Shown here: one piece after another, positions 1 to 12,100 of the stretch | How the letters are laid out: every line of letters begins with the position of its first letter | Numbering within the stretch: position 1 is the stretch's first letter | Assembly (NCBI RefSeq): GCF_006345805.1 | Contig: NW_021833723.1 | Location: 1-56,890 of the forward strand | Direction of reading: 5' to 3' | Source: Octopus sinensis | Lineage: Eukaryota | DNA length: 56,890 nucleotides | Made by a program: the position numbers and the translations under genes | The notes under the pieces: model-generated | What the model was told of the DNA's origin: nothing | Database searches by the model: none | Seen by the model: only the letters and a program-made list of their open reading frames with translations

Positions 1-1559
1 TTCCTCTTTCTTCATTAGTAAATTGGCGAGCTGTGAACGTCTCGCTCGTGTAAGTTTTTGCAATAAGCAACATTGCCAGGAAACTAGATTCTCTTCCTGT
101 CTTGCCTGGTGATTGCCTGGCGTCTCCTTGTTAGAATGACACAAAATTCATAAACCACACACCACACTTGTGTGTCGAACTGTCATAGACCACACTTTTG
201 AGCAGCACCAATATGTGCCTGGATCTCGCGATTGTGAAATTTCTCCATTTTTCGAAATTCATAAGCCACCCTTATCAGCTTATGTATTCATTATGGCTGG
301 CAGCTCACCGGAAAAGAATGAATCTATTTAGGGTTCCATCGTTGTACATGCGGTTCCTTAGCCTTGGTTTTAATACCTCCTGCTCTCTGTGAAGCATCGG
401 GCGACGTGAGATTCCAACCATTAATTTTAAACCTACTCTCAGACCATGTCCTCTCTCTCTCTCTCTCTCTTTCTTTCTATCTATCTATCTGTCTGTCTGT
501 CTATCTATCTATCTCTCTCTCACTCACTCTGTACTTCCACTTGAATGAAGATATCGCTAGTCTCTTCGTGGATATGAGTAGCACATCACCGAGCATCCTT
601 TCCAACTCATAGTGACTGCTCTCCTGTAGCTTACTCAACCCGGCCCTTTCCTTGTTGCCATTAATGATAGTCTCACTCAGAATTCCTTAGGGAGATTCCT
701 AATACGAAGAAGATCTTGCTACTGAGTGAATTCAGTATTCCTTATTGCTTTCAATAGAAATAACAGCAGCTTTCTCACCTATTCCTCTGTCAAAAAATAA
801 TATGACACAGCATAGATAAACTCCAAGCTAAAAAAAAACATATCTATTTATTTCTTATAATACATCTTTCTTTGCATCATAGACCGCAAAGACATGAGAC
901 ATAAAACAGGTCACACCGCAACCTAATTACCCCCAGAGACTTTGGCCAAAGAGAAATCTGCAAAGCATCCGAAAAGGATCGTCTGACCGATTGAAATAAA
1001 GTCACTTTTAGACATGCTCCCGCCCTCGGCACACAAATTCGCTGTCGCCTAATCTGCCTTTACTCTCGTTATTGTAATAGACTTTGCTTCTTGAAGCTGG
1101 ATGGCCTCATGTCACTACATTTCGTGCATTCCCAACACCCTCGTCACTCCCTTTCTCGTCATTCTTACAATGTCCTTCCCGCCCAAGCCCCAGTCATCAT
1201 TACGCCTAGTCCTGACACCCCAGAACTTCGATTCTCTAAAATTCCCTCCCTACTCATACCTTTACCGCGTGTGTTGATTTTCTAAGATTAAAAAGAGAAC
1301 CTTCATAGCATAAATTTTACTAGGCTCAGGAGGCCTGTGAAAGCCATAGGCATTGTCCCGTCCTCTAGATCTAACACTTAAAATAAGGAAAAAAATTCAA
1401 GAGAACCTGAGTGACTGTGCATGCTGATTAATGCATACGAACAATTTTTGCTCAGAAATCTAGAATATTATATTGCTGTTGCCGTTTAGTCACGTGTCAA
1501 TCCGAGTAAAGTCTGTCTTTAAATTAAAATTAATCTATTCATGGCCACCACGCCACGGA

Positions 1560-2140
1560 CACACACACAGCCTTAATGTAATTCTCAGAGAAGTTATGAT
1601 TTTCAACCAAACAAGTGATGCTGAACTGTTTGCTCTGAGCAGTTCGAAACTAAATGTTGCTGAAGATCTTCAAGTACTTAGGTGGTTGGGTGAGCAGTTC
1701 GGAAGCAGATATCAAGATCAGGAAGACACAAGTATGAACAGCCTGTCACAAACTAATGAAGATCTGGAACTCCAAATTTCCCGGGCAAATCAAATTCAAG
1801 CTGTTCAGTACAACTGTCAAACCAGTGCTATTATATGACAGTGAAACGGAGTGACAAAGAAATTAACAAACAGGCTAAATCAGTGCTATACAAGGATGCT
1901 CTGAATGGTCCTACATGTGAAACGGCAGCAACATATTACGAGTGAAAGCCTTTATGAAGACCTTTCAAAAGGTAGCGAGAAGATCAGGCCACTACAGCTG
2001 CGATTATCTGGTCACTACATGCTTCATTCTGAACGAGATACATCCAAATTAGTCTTGTGGGACCCATTTCATGTAATAAGAACAAAACGTCGTTACACAT
2101 CGACAACACGATTGCAGACACTAGACCCGAGAAGTATGGC
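1560..2140 (+). mobile_element. Decayed RTE-clade LINE, end of RT and C-terminal region
   Basis: Frameshifted translation gives SLNV..EVMIFNQ, EDFKYLGGW, TVKPVLLYDSE, CYTRML.MVLHV..QQHITSESLYEDL.K.SEKIR..LRLSGH....SKLVLWDP.H, matching the RTE ORF pattern I recall; stops and frameshifts present. Confidence 0.75.
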
Positions 2141-2224
2141 GGGTAGGCTTTTTTGCTGCGGCCTGGGTTGGAACCCAGCTATAATAATAATAAATACAGG
2201 ATTTGGCAAGGGTGGCCCTTTGAA

Positions 2225-2350
2225 ATATAAGTATTACTTATTTTTGCCAGCTGAATGGACTGAAGCAACGTGAGGTAAAGTATTTTGCTCAAGGCCACAA
2301 CACACCGCCGAGAATCGTGAGCCAAATAGCTTAACCATTAAACCACGCGC
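2225..2350 (-). mobile_element. tRNA-derived SINE family C fragment
   Basis: Minus strand GCGCGTGGTTTAATGGTTAAG..TGTGGCCTTGAGCAAAATACTTTACCTCACGTTGCTTCAGTCCATTCAGCTG is similar to the copies at 15768, 16533 and 19945. Confidence 0.6.
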
Positions 2351-2562
2351 ATTCACCACCGTTGAAGAATTTGGGATTCGGATATATTTTTATTGGTAAC
2401 TTTTAGTTGTCTTCAATGATCTAAGCTAGTTATTTTGTAATATATTCTCTGCGTTTAAAAACTTCCCACCTACATATCTACACACGCTTTAGTAGACGGG
2501 ACTCCAGCATGGGCATGACTGTGACAATTGAAAAACTAAAGAACACGCAACACACATGTAAG

Positions 2563-3005
2563 AGCAGGTGTGGATGTGTGGCTCAGAAGCTTGCCTTCCA
2601 ACCATATGGTCTTGAGTTCAATCCCACTTCGTGATACTTTGGGCAAATTTCTTCTAATATGGCTCCGGGACTATAAAGGCGTTGCGAGTGGATCCGGTAA
2701 ACGGAAACTGAAAGAATCACTTCGGGTGAAAGGTGGTGTATGTATGGATGTGGGTGTGTGTGTGTGTGTGTGCGTTTGCATGTGTACGTGTCTTTCTGTT
2801 TCACTTCCGCTTGGCAACCGGTGCTGGTTTGTCTATTGTCTAACTTGCCGTAACTAAGCAATTTGGCGACATGAGAACAATAGAGCAAGCATCGAGTTTA
2901 TAAGGCCTGGTGTCGGTTTTATTTTTTTCAAGTAAAACTTTGATGGTGATGCGCTAGCATGGCCGAAGTCAAATGACTAAAACAAGTTAAAGACAGAAAA
3001 ATAGA
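2563..3005 (+). mobile_element. SINE family A (tRNA head, CORE-like centre, internal (TG)n), diverged
   Basis: Collinear similarity to the 3016-3452 and 5409-5817 copies, including the CAGCATGGCCG..AGTCAAATGAC 3' region. Confidence 0.75.
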
Positions 3006-3015
3006 AAACAAACAA

Positions 3016-3137
3016 GGCGTAGGAGTGGCTGTGTGGTAAGTTCAGTCCCACTGCATGGCACCTTCTACTATAGCCTCGGGCCGACCAAAGCCTTGTGAGT
3101 GGACTTGGTAGACGGAAATTGAAAGAAGCCCATCGTA

Positions 3138-3176
<39 letters not shown>

Positions 3177-3195
3177 CTGTGTGTTGTGTGTGTGT

Positions 3196-3238
<43 letters not shown>

Positions 3239-3452
3239 TTGTGTGTCTGTGTTTGTCCCCCCAACATCGCTTGACAACCGATGCTGGTGTGTTTAGGTCC
3301 CCGTAACTTAGCGGTTCGGGAAAACAGACCGATAGAATAAGTACTATGCTTACAAAGAATAAGTTCTGGGGTCGATTTGCTCGACTAAAGGCGGTGCTCC
3401 AGCATGGCCACAGTCAAATGACGGAAACAAGTAAAAGAGTAAAGAGTAAAGA
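3016..3452 (+). mobile_element. SINE family A with internal deletions
   Basis: Head GGCGTAGGAGTGGCTGTGTGGTAAG, internal (TA)/(TG) tract, tail AAGTAAAAGAGTAAAGAG; more than 10 related copies in the window. Confidence 0.9.
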
Positions 3453-3801
3453 GAGCTTCATACTCTCAAATACTCTCACACATACACACATACACCCACA
3501 TACACAAAATCGCTCAAACACATACGCATACACAGATATTCATAAAGAAGCGCAGACACACATAGGCGAATATGCCGTACTCCATGACAGACGCATGCAC
3601 TCTTTCAAAGGACAGCTGCTTATTGGCTTGCACTATCACCATCTCTGTATCTCGCTCTATTGATTCAGTGACTCAAGTGTTCACTTATCAATACAATAAA
3701 TGTTGTTTACTGCCTGCTACTTAAATCCCCTAATATAATAATGAGCGTAGTGTTTTTTTTATATATTTGTGTGTGTGTATATATATGTGTGTGTGTGTGT
3801 G

Positions 3802-3846
<45 letters not shown>

Positions 3847-4110
3847 CAAAATCACGCAGCTGGAGTAGGATGGCGTAGGAGAAAGAGTAGTATACGTGAA
3901 GGGAGAGGAGAGAAAATAGTAATTCAGTGAAGGAGAAGTAGTGAGAGTAATAGCCCTCTCTGAGAGAGAGAGTGAGAGAAAGTAATAAGAATGAGAGAAA
4001 GGAAGGGGTGATAGATGAATAAGGAAGGGAGAGGTGAAAAAATCAGCGTTTTAACTCTGTGTGAGTATATGTGTGTCTATGTAAAATGGAATTATGTGAA
4101 CGCTTGTGTT

Positions 4111-4156
<46 letters not shown>

Positions 4157-4596
4157 TGGAAATGAGATGGTGAACGTTCAACGCTGAAAAGAAAAATCAA
4201 ACAGCATTTCAACTCTGAGTATATGTATGTGTGTGCATGTAGAATGTAACTATATGAACGTTTGTAGCTGTGATTATTATGCACCTTATTTTATACCTTA
4301 TTTATATATAAAATACTACAATTAGCTGTCGTTATTGATGGCACAGGGTCAGCTAGTAGAACTAATAAAACTCTTGTAAAATTGTATGATCTTAAACGGA
4401 GAGAGAGAGAGAGAACGAGAGAGTGGGTATATGATAATGGTTATGTATAGTGTGTGAGTCTGTAATGTGTATGTATGTATGTGTCTGCGTGTACGTGTGA
4501 GAGAGAGAGATAATTTAGTTCTAAGATACACAGATACATTCATAGACATATTCACAGACACATGCGTGTACGTAGTGTGTACAGATGTAGATATGT

Positions 4597-5003
4597 ATGT
4601 TATTATTCAGTTTTATTTCAATGTTTCCTGCCTATAGAGAAGGAGCCGGTTTCTAACCGAGATTCAAAGCTCCTTCATTGGAATTTCAACAACATCGATA
4701 AGGTATTTCTGCATGTATGTGTGTATATGTGCTGTATATGGGAGTCAGAGCATGTATAGATTTATCTGTTTTGTTTTATGTATGTATTCTCATGCATATA
4801 GTCGAATGTCTAGACATGCATATATTTTCTTAGATCCTAAACTCTTGGAAAGTTTTACAAACTTCTACAGTTCTATTGATGGCTTGAAGGTATGTATGCA
4901 TGTATGTATGTATGTATGTATGTACGTATGTATGTATGTATGTAAGTATGTATGTATGTATGTATGTATGTATGTACGTATGTATGTATGATGGCTTGAA
5001 TCT
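4597..5003 (-). mobile_element. R4/Dong-like non-LTR retrotransposon family 1, 3' end fragment
   Basis: Aligns by eye to the 3' ORF end and 3' UTR of the 11375-12100 and 52849-55839 copies (CATTATTCAGTTTTATTTCAA..GGAATTTCAAC). Confidence 0.8.
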
Positions 5004-5220
5004 GTGTACGTACATGTCTATGTATTTATGTATTTATATATATGTGTGTGTATGTATATATGTATATATGTATGTGTGTATGATTACTTTAATTTGTGTA
5101 CGTATGTATATCAAATCCCTTTTTATTTTAACCTTAGAGTTTATTTCATTAAGCCCGCCCACATGTAACAGCTAATGGTTTTCAGATACAATTATAGAAC
5201 GTAACGGAAAAAATGGGCGT

Positions 5221-5293
5221 TAGTACACGTTGGAATCGAACCCATACTTCTTATTTTCGAGATGAGTGTGATAACCAATTACACCAACATACC
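5221..5293 (-). pseudogene. tRNA-like pseudogene or isolated SINE head (73 nt)
   Basis: A box TGGTGTAATTGG, D stem GTGT/ACAC, B box GGTTCGATTCC; acceptor stem largely G.T wobbles, anticodon and T stems mismatched. Confidence 0.6.
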
Positions 5294-5408
5294 CACCCAT
5301 TTCCCGTTAAATTTAGGAATTATGAGTTCATAGTGGTAAATATGTAAATATGTGTGAATTCTGCGCGAATTTCCAAAACAAAATGAGTAATACAGGTCGA
5401 TGGTTAGA

Positions 5409-5817
5409 ACTCTTTTACTTGTTTCAGTCATTTCACTGCGGCCATGCTGGAGCACCACCTTTAGTCGAGCAAATCGACCCCAGGACTTATTCTTTGGAAG
5501 CCTAGTACTTATTCTATCGGTCTCTTTTGCTGAACTGCTAAGTTACGGGCACCTAAGCACACCAGCATCGGTTGTCAAGCGATGTTGGGGGTACAAACAC
5601 AAACGCACACACACACTCTCTCTCTCACACACACACACATATATACATATATACGACGGGCTTCTTTTAAGTTTCCGTCTACCAAATCCACTCACAAGGC
5701 TTTGGTCGTCCCTAGACTATAGTAGAAGACACTTGCCCAAGGTGCCACGCTGTGGGACTGAACCCCGAACCATGTGGTTGGTAAGCAAGCTATTTACCAC
5801 ACAGCCACTCCTGCGCC
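5409..5817 (-). mobile_element. SINE family A, near full length
   Basis: Reverse complement of the family A head through tail. Confidence 0.9.
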
Positions 5818-5949
5818 TACTGTTACCTGATTTTTCAATATTTCAGGGGTAGGTCTCCTTCTTATGGAAATTTGCGAAGAAAAGGTATCGATAGCGGATT
5901 CCATGCTCTGTGGTGTATGTGTATGAACGGTTGTTCTGTATTCAATCAG

Positions 5950-6170
5950 TTGTGTGCAGTTCAGATTCATTATTAATTCCCGGGCTGTACTTGTTAAAAA
6001 TAGATTCTTTTATTCTAAGGTTCCTAACGTTTCTTTCTGTAGTTTCATTGAAAACTTAGATATCTTGAGTGTGTTATTACTATAGGCGTTTTTCGACAGA
6101 AGAAACATTTTCCGGTCTTCCGGTGTAAAATTTCATACATTTGCTACATGCAATTTTATAAACCCCGTAG
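5950..6170 (-). mobile_element. Penelope-like element GIY-YIG endonuclease remnant
   Basis: One minus frame reads GVYKIACSKCMKFYTGR...SSVEKRL***HTQDI*VFNETTERNVRNLRIKESIFNKYSPGINNE: a GIY/YIG-type motif with a CxxC linker and the R.IKES..P..N C-terminal motif of Penelope EN. Confidence 0.75.
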
Positions 6171-6452
6171 AATCGCACAGTCAGACAATATGCGTAACAG
6201 GTTGCTTTGTCTTGGATTTTTTCCTTTATTTATTTATTTGGTTAGAGTCCTCCTCAGACAAGGCCTGGAGTGTGCCAGTAGTATTTTCAATCCCTCTTTA
6301 TGTATCGCATGCCGGATCGCGTGCCTGGTGATGTGAATACATAATATTTTTCTTGCACATATGCATACAGAGACACACACAAACACACACATATATAACC
6401 GCATTTTTATATGTACGTATTATTTAAACACCTGAATAACATATATATATAT

Positions 6453-6674
6453 ATAATCAGAAAATGGAGAAAACCTTAGATCAACAAACAAAACAATTGG
6501 ACCACATCTAAAGCTTATTATTTAATAGAAAACACGACATAACATAAGAATTGCTATGTCATATAAATATCATATCATGTTTTGTATTAATAAGCTTTAG
6601 ATATGGTCCAATTATTTGTTTGTTTGTTTGTTTTTGTTTTTTTTTATCTGAGGTTTTCTCCCTTTTCTGATTAT
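6453..6674. repeat. Fold-back element with imperfect long inverted arms, beside (TA)n
   Basis: 6453-6520 (ATAATCAGAAAATGGAGAAAACC..AAAGCTTATTA) is the reverse complement of 6588-6674, apart from a few substitutions and a (TTTG)n expansion. Confidence 0.85.
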
Positions 6675-6876
6675 TTATAGTTGATTCCTGATAAACTTTA
6701 ATTTATTCTGTTGTCACCTGTTCACTACGAGCATAGTGTGGCTGCATACCTATGCCCAGAGATAACACGGTTAACTGATACCGATAGTATATACGGATAT
6801 TTATCCCTTAGTCGGTTATTATAACCGCTAACTCTGCTTACCCTATATATATATATATATATTATATATATATATA

Positions 6877-6973
<97 letters not shown>

Positions 6974-7044
6974 CATACCTACATACATACATACATACAT
7001 ACATACACATATATATGTATGCATGTATGTATCTTTGACTTTAT

Positions 7045-7473
7045 TCTTTTTTACTTGTTTCAGTCATTTGACTGCGGCCATGCTGGAGCACTGCCTTAAC
7101 GGGTGTTAGTCGAAGAAATCGACCCAGGACTTATTCTTTGTAAGCCTAGTACTTATTCTGTCGTCTCTTTTGCCGAAACGCTAAGTTATCGGGACATAAG
7201 CACACTAACATCGGTTGTCAAGCAATGCCAGGTGGGTTAAAAACACACACACACAAATATATTATTATATATATATATATTATATATATATTATTATTAT
7301 ATATATATATAACGACAAAACTTCCAGTGTCCGTCTACCAAATCCACTCACAAAGCTGTGGTCAGCCCGAGGCTATAGCAGAAGATACTTTCCCAAGGTG
7401 CCATGCAGTGAGACTGAACCTGGAACCATGTGTTTGGGTAGCAAGCTACTTACAACTCAGCCACGCCTACGCC
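7045..7473 (-). mobile_element. SINE family A, near full length
   Basis: Reverse complement of the family A consensus. Confidence 0.9.
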
Positions 7474-7579
7474 TATGTATAAATAATATATATATGTATG
7501 TATATATACATATTATGTGTGTGTATGTATGTATTTAGGTATGTGTGTACGCATATATGTGTATGTGTGTGTACGTGTG

Positions 7580-7755
7580 TCTTTGTGTTTGTTCCCCACC
7601 ATCGCCTGACCACCGGTGTTGATTTGTTTACGTCCCCTAAAGTTAGTGTTTCGACAAAACATGCCAAATAAGTACCGGACTTTAAAAAATTAACAACTGG
7701 AGGTCGACTCGTTTAACTAAAGTCCCTACGAGGCGGTGGCCCAGCAGAGCCGCCA
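7580..7755 (+). mobile_element. SINE family A, 3' half, diverged
   Basis: TGTTTGTTCCCCACCATCGCCTGACCACCGGTGTTG..GGCGGTGGCCCAGCA resembles the 3' half of family A. Confidence 0.6.
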
Positions 7756-8192
7756 CCCAATATCAGAGACAAAGATAAAGGATAAAAGCTATAATATAAG
7801 GTCTTACGTCTACTGCTTATAGGGAAAGATATGGTGAAACGAAAGCTGACCTGGGGTTGAGCAACAGCTACGCCACCGTCTATAGAACCACCTACGCCAG
7901 CACTACGGCACAATTTTCTAAATTTTCAGCTTTTTCAGTGAATTTTTAAAAAAGAATTCCATTGGCAATTGTTTGATTTTCACAGCTCCGTGTAGTAATA
8001 AGATTCAGAATCGCCAAATAAAAGCCTTGCCTAAAATTTCTGGTCTTGTGCCTGGTCTTGTGCCTATGGTTTCTTCAAGAGGTCAGTGCATATAGATTGC
8101 CTCTAGTTTTACATACTCAACAGAAGTGCTTTGACTTTAGGCAAAGAAACTAGTTATAAAATCTCTAAGAGATGAACGCAGTAACTCCACTG

Positions 8193-8400
8193 GCAAGTAA
8201 TGTTTGTCACCACTTCAACACTTTAACGATGCAGCTTGCATCCGATATATTGCGAGCAGGGGGGCGAACCCCTCGCAATATATCGGATGCAGGTTGCATC
8301 GTTAACCAGCTACAGGAAATGTCTTCTTGGGGTTAAAAAATCGCAGCAACGTCCGTTCGTACGAAACAGCCATGTTGAAGTGGCGACAAACATTACTTGC
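8193..8400. repeat. Nested inverted repeat: outer 28-bp arms enclosing a 34-bp hairpin
   Basis: 8193-8220 pairs with 8373-8400 (1 mismatch); 8223-8256 pairs with 8272-8305 (2 G.T), with a 15-nt loop. Confidence 0.9.
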
Positions 8401-9073
8401 TTTGACCTTCTTTTCCTCTTAATTGTTTGTTCGTCTACAAGTAAAATTTTTGTAGCTCCAACGCTTAACGACAACTATATGTTCTTGCTTTGTCCAGCTG
8501 ATAACACGATGTGTCTTGAAACTTTTACCATTAACATTTATTACGCCAGCTGTGACTTTGGTCCGAAGTTATCTAACGCCATTCATCTGCTACATTCACA
8601 ATTCATATATCTCAAGTTATAAAAACGAACTCTATCAAGTTATAATATACGTGCTATTATTTTGTTCTTGTATTTTTTCTTTTTTATTGCGCGCATATTT
8701 CGTTAAATATATATACATTCACACACTCACATACACACACACATGCACACACACACACATTTAAACATATATCCATACACACATACACAAACATATATTC
8801 ATTCAAATACGTACATCCGAGCAATCAGAACGATACGAATTCAATAATGTGTACACGCGATATAACTTTAAGAATACGTACATCGAATACCTTTTAACAT
8901 TTCTATATATCTAAGGAACCATTTCACACATACATTAAGATTTAATCGACTATTTATTCAGGTTTTCATATACAAGACAGTGTTTATTTCCTTCTATTAT
9001 TCAAGTTTATACATATGCATACATTTATACATATATATACATGCATACATATATGCGTGTCTATATGTACAAG

Positions 9074-9136
<63 letters not shown>

Positions 9137-9174
9137 AATATTAATATAATTATAATTAGGCTTCAGCAAAAAAG

Positions 9175-9537
9175 CAAGGACAGACAAACGGATTAAGTCG
9201 ATTATATCGACTCCAGTGCGTAACTGGTACTTATTTTATCGACCCCGAAAGGATGAAAGGCAAAGTCGACCTCAGCGGAATTTGAACTCAGAACGTAACG
9301 ACAGACGAAATACCTATTTCATTATTACCCACAGGGGACTAAACACAGAGAGGACAAACAACGACAGACAAACGGATTAAGTCGATTATATAGACCCCCA
9401 GTGCGTAACTGATACTTAATTTATCGACCCCGAAAGTATGAAAGCAAAGTCGACCTCGGCGGAATTTGAACTCAGAACGTAACAGCAGACGAAATACCGC
9501 TAAGCATTTCGCCCAGCGTACTAACAATTCTGCCAGC
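9175..9537 (-). mobile_element. SINE family B tandem dimer (tRNA head, Meta/MESC-like centre)
   Basis: Two head-to-tail units containing GAGGTCGACTTTGCCTTTCATCCTTTCGGGGTCGATAAA.TAAGTACCAG; the Meta/MESC assignment is from memory. Confidence 0.85.
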
Positions 9538-9546
9538 AATTTTATA

Positions 9547-9674
<128 letters not shown>

Positions 9675-10836
9675 CCAGCAGCGGTGTTGATAATCATAAT
9701 AGTACTTTCTATTCAATTCAAATATTCAATTTTATGGAGATATTCCTTTCATTTTCTCTTGCCTCCATTTTATTTATTTCTCCCGTCCCTTTTCTGCTTT
9801 CATTTCTCATCTTGTTCTTCTGCTTTGCCTCTCCTCTTCAATGTCAGCCCCCCCCCTTCCTCCCATTCCATCCCATCCCACCCCATGCATTCCATTTATT
9901 TGTATCTTCCTTTCTCCTTTAATTTGTTTCTCATTCTTTTCTATATTTTCCTCCCTTCTCTCTTCTCCCTCTCTTCTCCTCATCTTTCTGCCTCGCTCTC
10001 TCATTCTCTGTATTACTCTCTTTTCCTATTCTCATTGATGTACTCCCACTCTATTCCCTGCTCTTTCCTTTTCATCTCTTTTCATCTTATTCCTTCTCTT
10101 CCATCATATTTCCTTTTCTTTCACCCATTCTCTTCCTCTCACACTTTAATTCTTCTCTCTCTCTCTCTCTCTCTCTCTCCCTCCCCTCCTGTCAACCTCC
10201 TCTCTCAAACTATTCCTCTCTTCAAAACTCCTACCTTCTCATCTCTATCCCCGCTTGTCTAAAATTCCAACCACCACAAAATTTCCGTCTTCTGTCTCTC
10301 CTCTCAAACCTCTTCCTCCTCATCCCCATCCATTTACAGCCGCCCAACTCTCTATCATTCCTCTCCAAACTTTACTAATCAATTATAAAGGAATCTGTAA
10401 GAGTCCTTCACTTGCAACAGCAGTCGCCAGCTGAACAAACAAAAATTCCCACCAATGATGTTCCACTTGTCTGTTATAGACTATCAGAAACAGATAGGTA
10501 TTTCAAAGCCGACTGAAAGTGTTGTCTCTTCGTTTCTGAAAACGTATGATTTGATAGTCGTTAAAACCATCCTCATTCTAACCTTACTACAAAATAATGA
10601 GCCTTCCATCTTGTCGTCAGCAAGAAAAATGTTCAGATGCTGTAACGTATTTTGAATAGAGGTAAAATTGCAAGAATGGATTTGTACTCGATGTATTAAA
10701 ATAAAAACCTCTAGGACCTGTGTTCAAATATACAACAGAAGTTTTTTCTAATAAATTTAACTTGGACACATGATAAAATATGTTTCAGTCACCTCACAAA
10801 GCTAGTTGTTATGAAACTTTCTGTATTAATATGCAC

Positions 10837-11060
10837 GAGCGTGGTTGTGCGGTTAAGAAGCTCATTTTGCTATCATGCTGTTTCGGGTTCAGTCCCACTG
10901 CATGGCATGGTGGATGAGTGTCTTTTATTATAGACCCGAGTCAACCAAAACCTTGTGAGTGGATTTGGTAGAATGGCTTCATTCGGTTTCAATCTACCAA
11001 ACCTATTCACAAGGCTTTGGTCAGCCTGTGTCTATAGTAGAAGGCACTTGCTCAAGGTGC
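10837..11060. mobile_element. Two family A SINE fragments in inverted orientation
   Basis: Plus-strand 5' half to 10972, then a minus-strand copy of the same segment at 10993-11060. Confidence 0.8.
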
Positions 11061-11374
11061 TCTGACAGATGGACGATGCAAAGACAGACAGGAAAAACCG
11101 GGTGAAGCATTCGTGGTTTTCTATTCATCAGTCAAGCTTCCAATCATCATTACAATTTCGGCCTGTTACACTTGAGGCTGTTCAAAATACATACATACAT
11201 ACATACATAGATACATAGATACATACACACACGCACGCACAATCATACTCTCATACACACAGGCACACACACATACACACACACATACATACATACATAC
11301 ATACATACTACATACATACATACATACATACATACATACATACATACATACATACTACATACATACATATATAC

Positions 11375-12100
11375 AATGGAAATGTCATCATGGAATTATC
11401 TATAGATGAGATAATGTAGCTAGACACTCTATAGTGAGATCTGTCAGAAGGGTAACCCCGAGGACAAAGAAATAAGAACCTTCATTATGATAGAAGCCAT
11501 AGCCACTCGTAATAAAAAGGAATGCTGGTGGAATGTTCGAATGAAAACTTGAATAAATTGTAAACATAATAGACCTGACATAATGATTTGGGATAGAGAA
11601 GAGAAACTGTGTACCGTTGTGGAAATTAGCTGCCCAACGGATGTTAACATAAAGCTAAAATTCATTGAAAAGAAAATACCTACGCTGAACTATTGAGGAA
11701 TCTACAGTTACTCTACCCAGATTACAAGTCCAGGTTTATGCCTGTAATTATTGGGGCACTGGGATGTGCCTAAATACCAATCTTGAGAAATTAGGCTTCT
11801 TAAAACCAGAAAAGAGCAAGCTGATTCGAAGACTATAGATCCAAGCCATCACTGGAACTGTAAAAATCTGTAAAACTTTCCAGAAGCTTATGATTTAAGT
11901 ATATATGAGCATGTCAAGACATGTAGTTATATGCATAAGAAGGCATCCATAAAGCGAAACATGCAAATTTGCACATATACGTACATACATACAAAGATAC
12001 TCTGTTGATGTTGAAATTCCAATGAAGGAGCCTTGGCTTTAGGTTAGAAACCGGCTCTTTTTCTATTAGCAAGAAATCTTGAAAAAAACTGAATAATGAT
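11375..12100 (+). mobile_element. R4/Dong-like non-LTR retrotransposon family 1, 5'-truncated (REL endonuclease + 3' UTR)
   Basis: Translation HNRPDIMIWDREEKLCTVVEISCPTDVNIK..TYAELLRNLQLLYPDYK..PVIIGALG is a PD-(D/E)xK restriction-like endonuclease of the R2/R4 type; flanked by (TACA)n on both sides. Confidence 0.85.

Noticed and set aside
1-440. Possible LINE endonuclease remnant on the minus strand
   Set aside because: Only vague motif resemblance, with several stops; needs a translated HMM search.
5221-5293. Functional tRNA gene
   Set aside because: Acceptor, anticodon and T stems are too mismatched; kept as a pseudogene.
10531-10625. CTGACGA...GAAAC on the minus strand as a hammerhead
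   Set aside because: No stem II pairing and no suitable stem III or NUH triplet.
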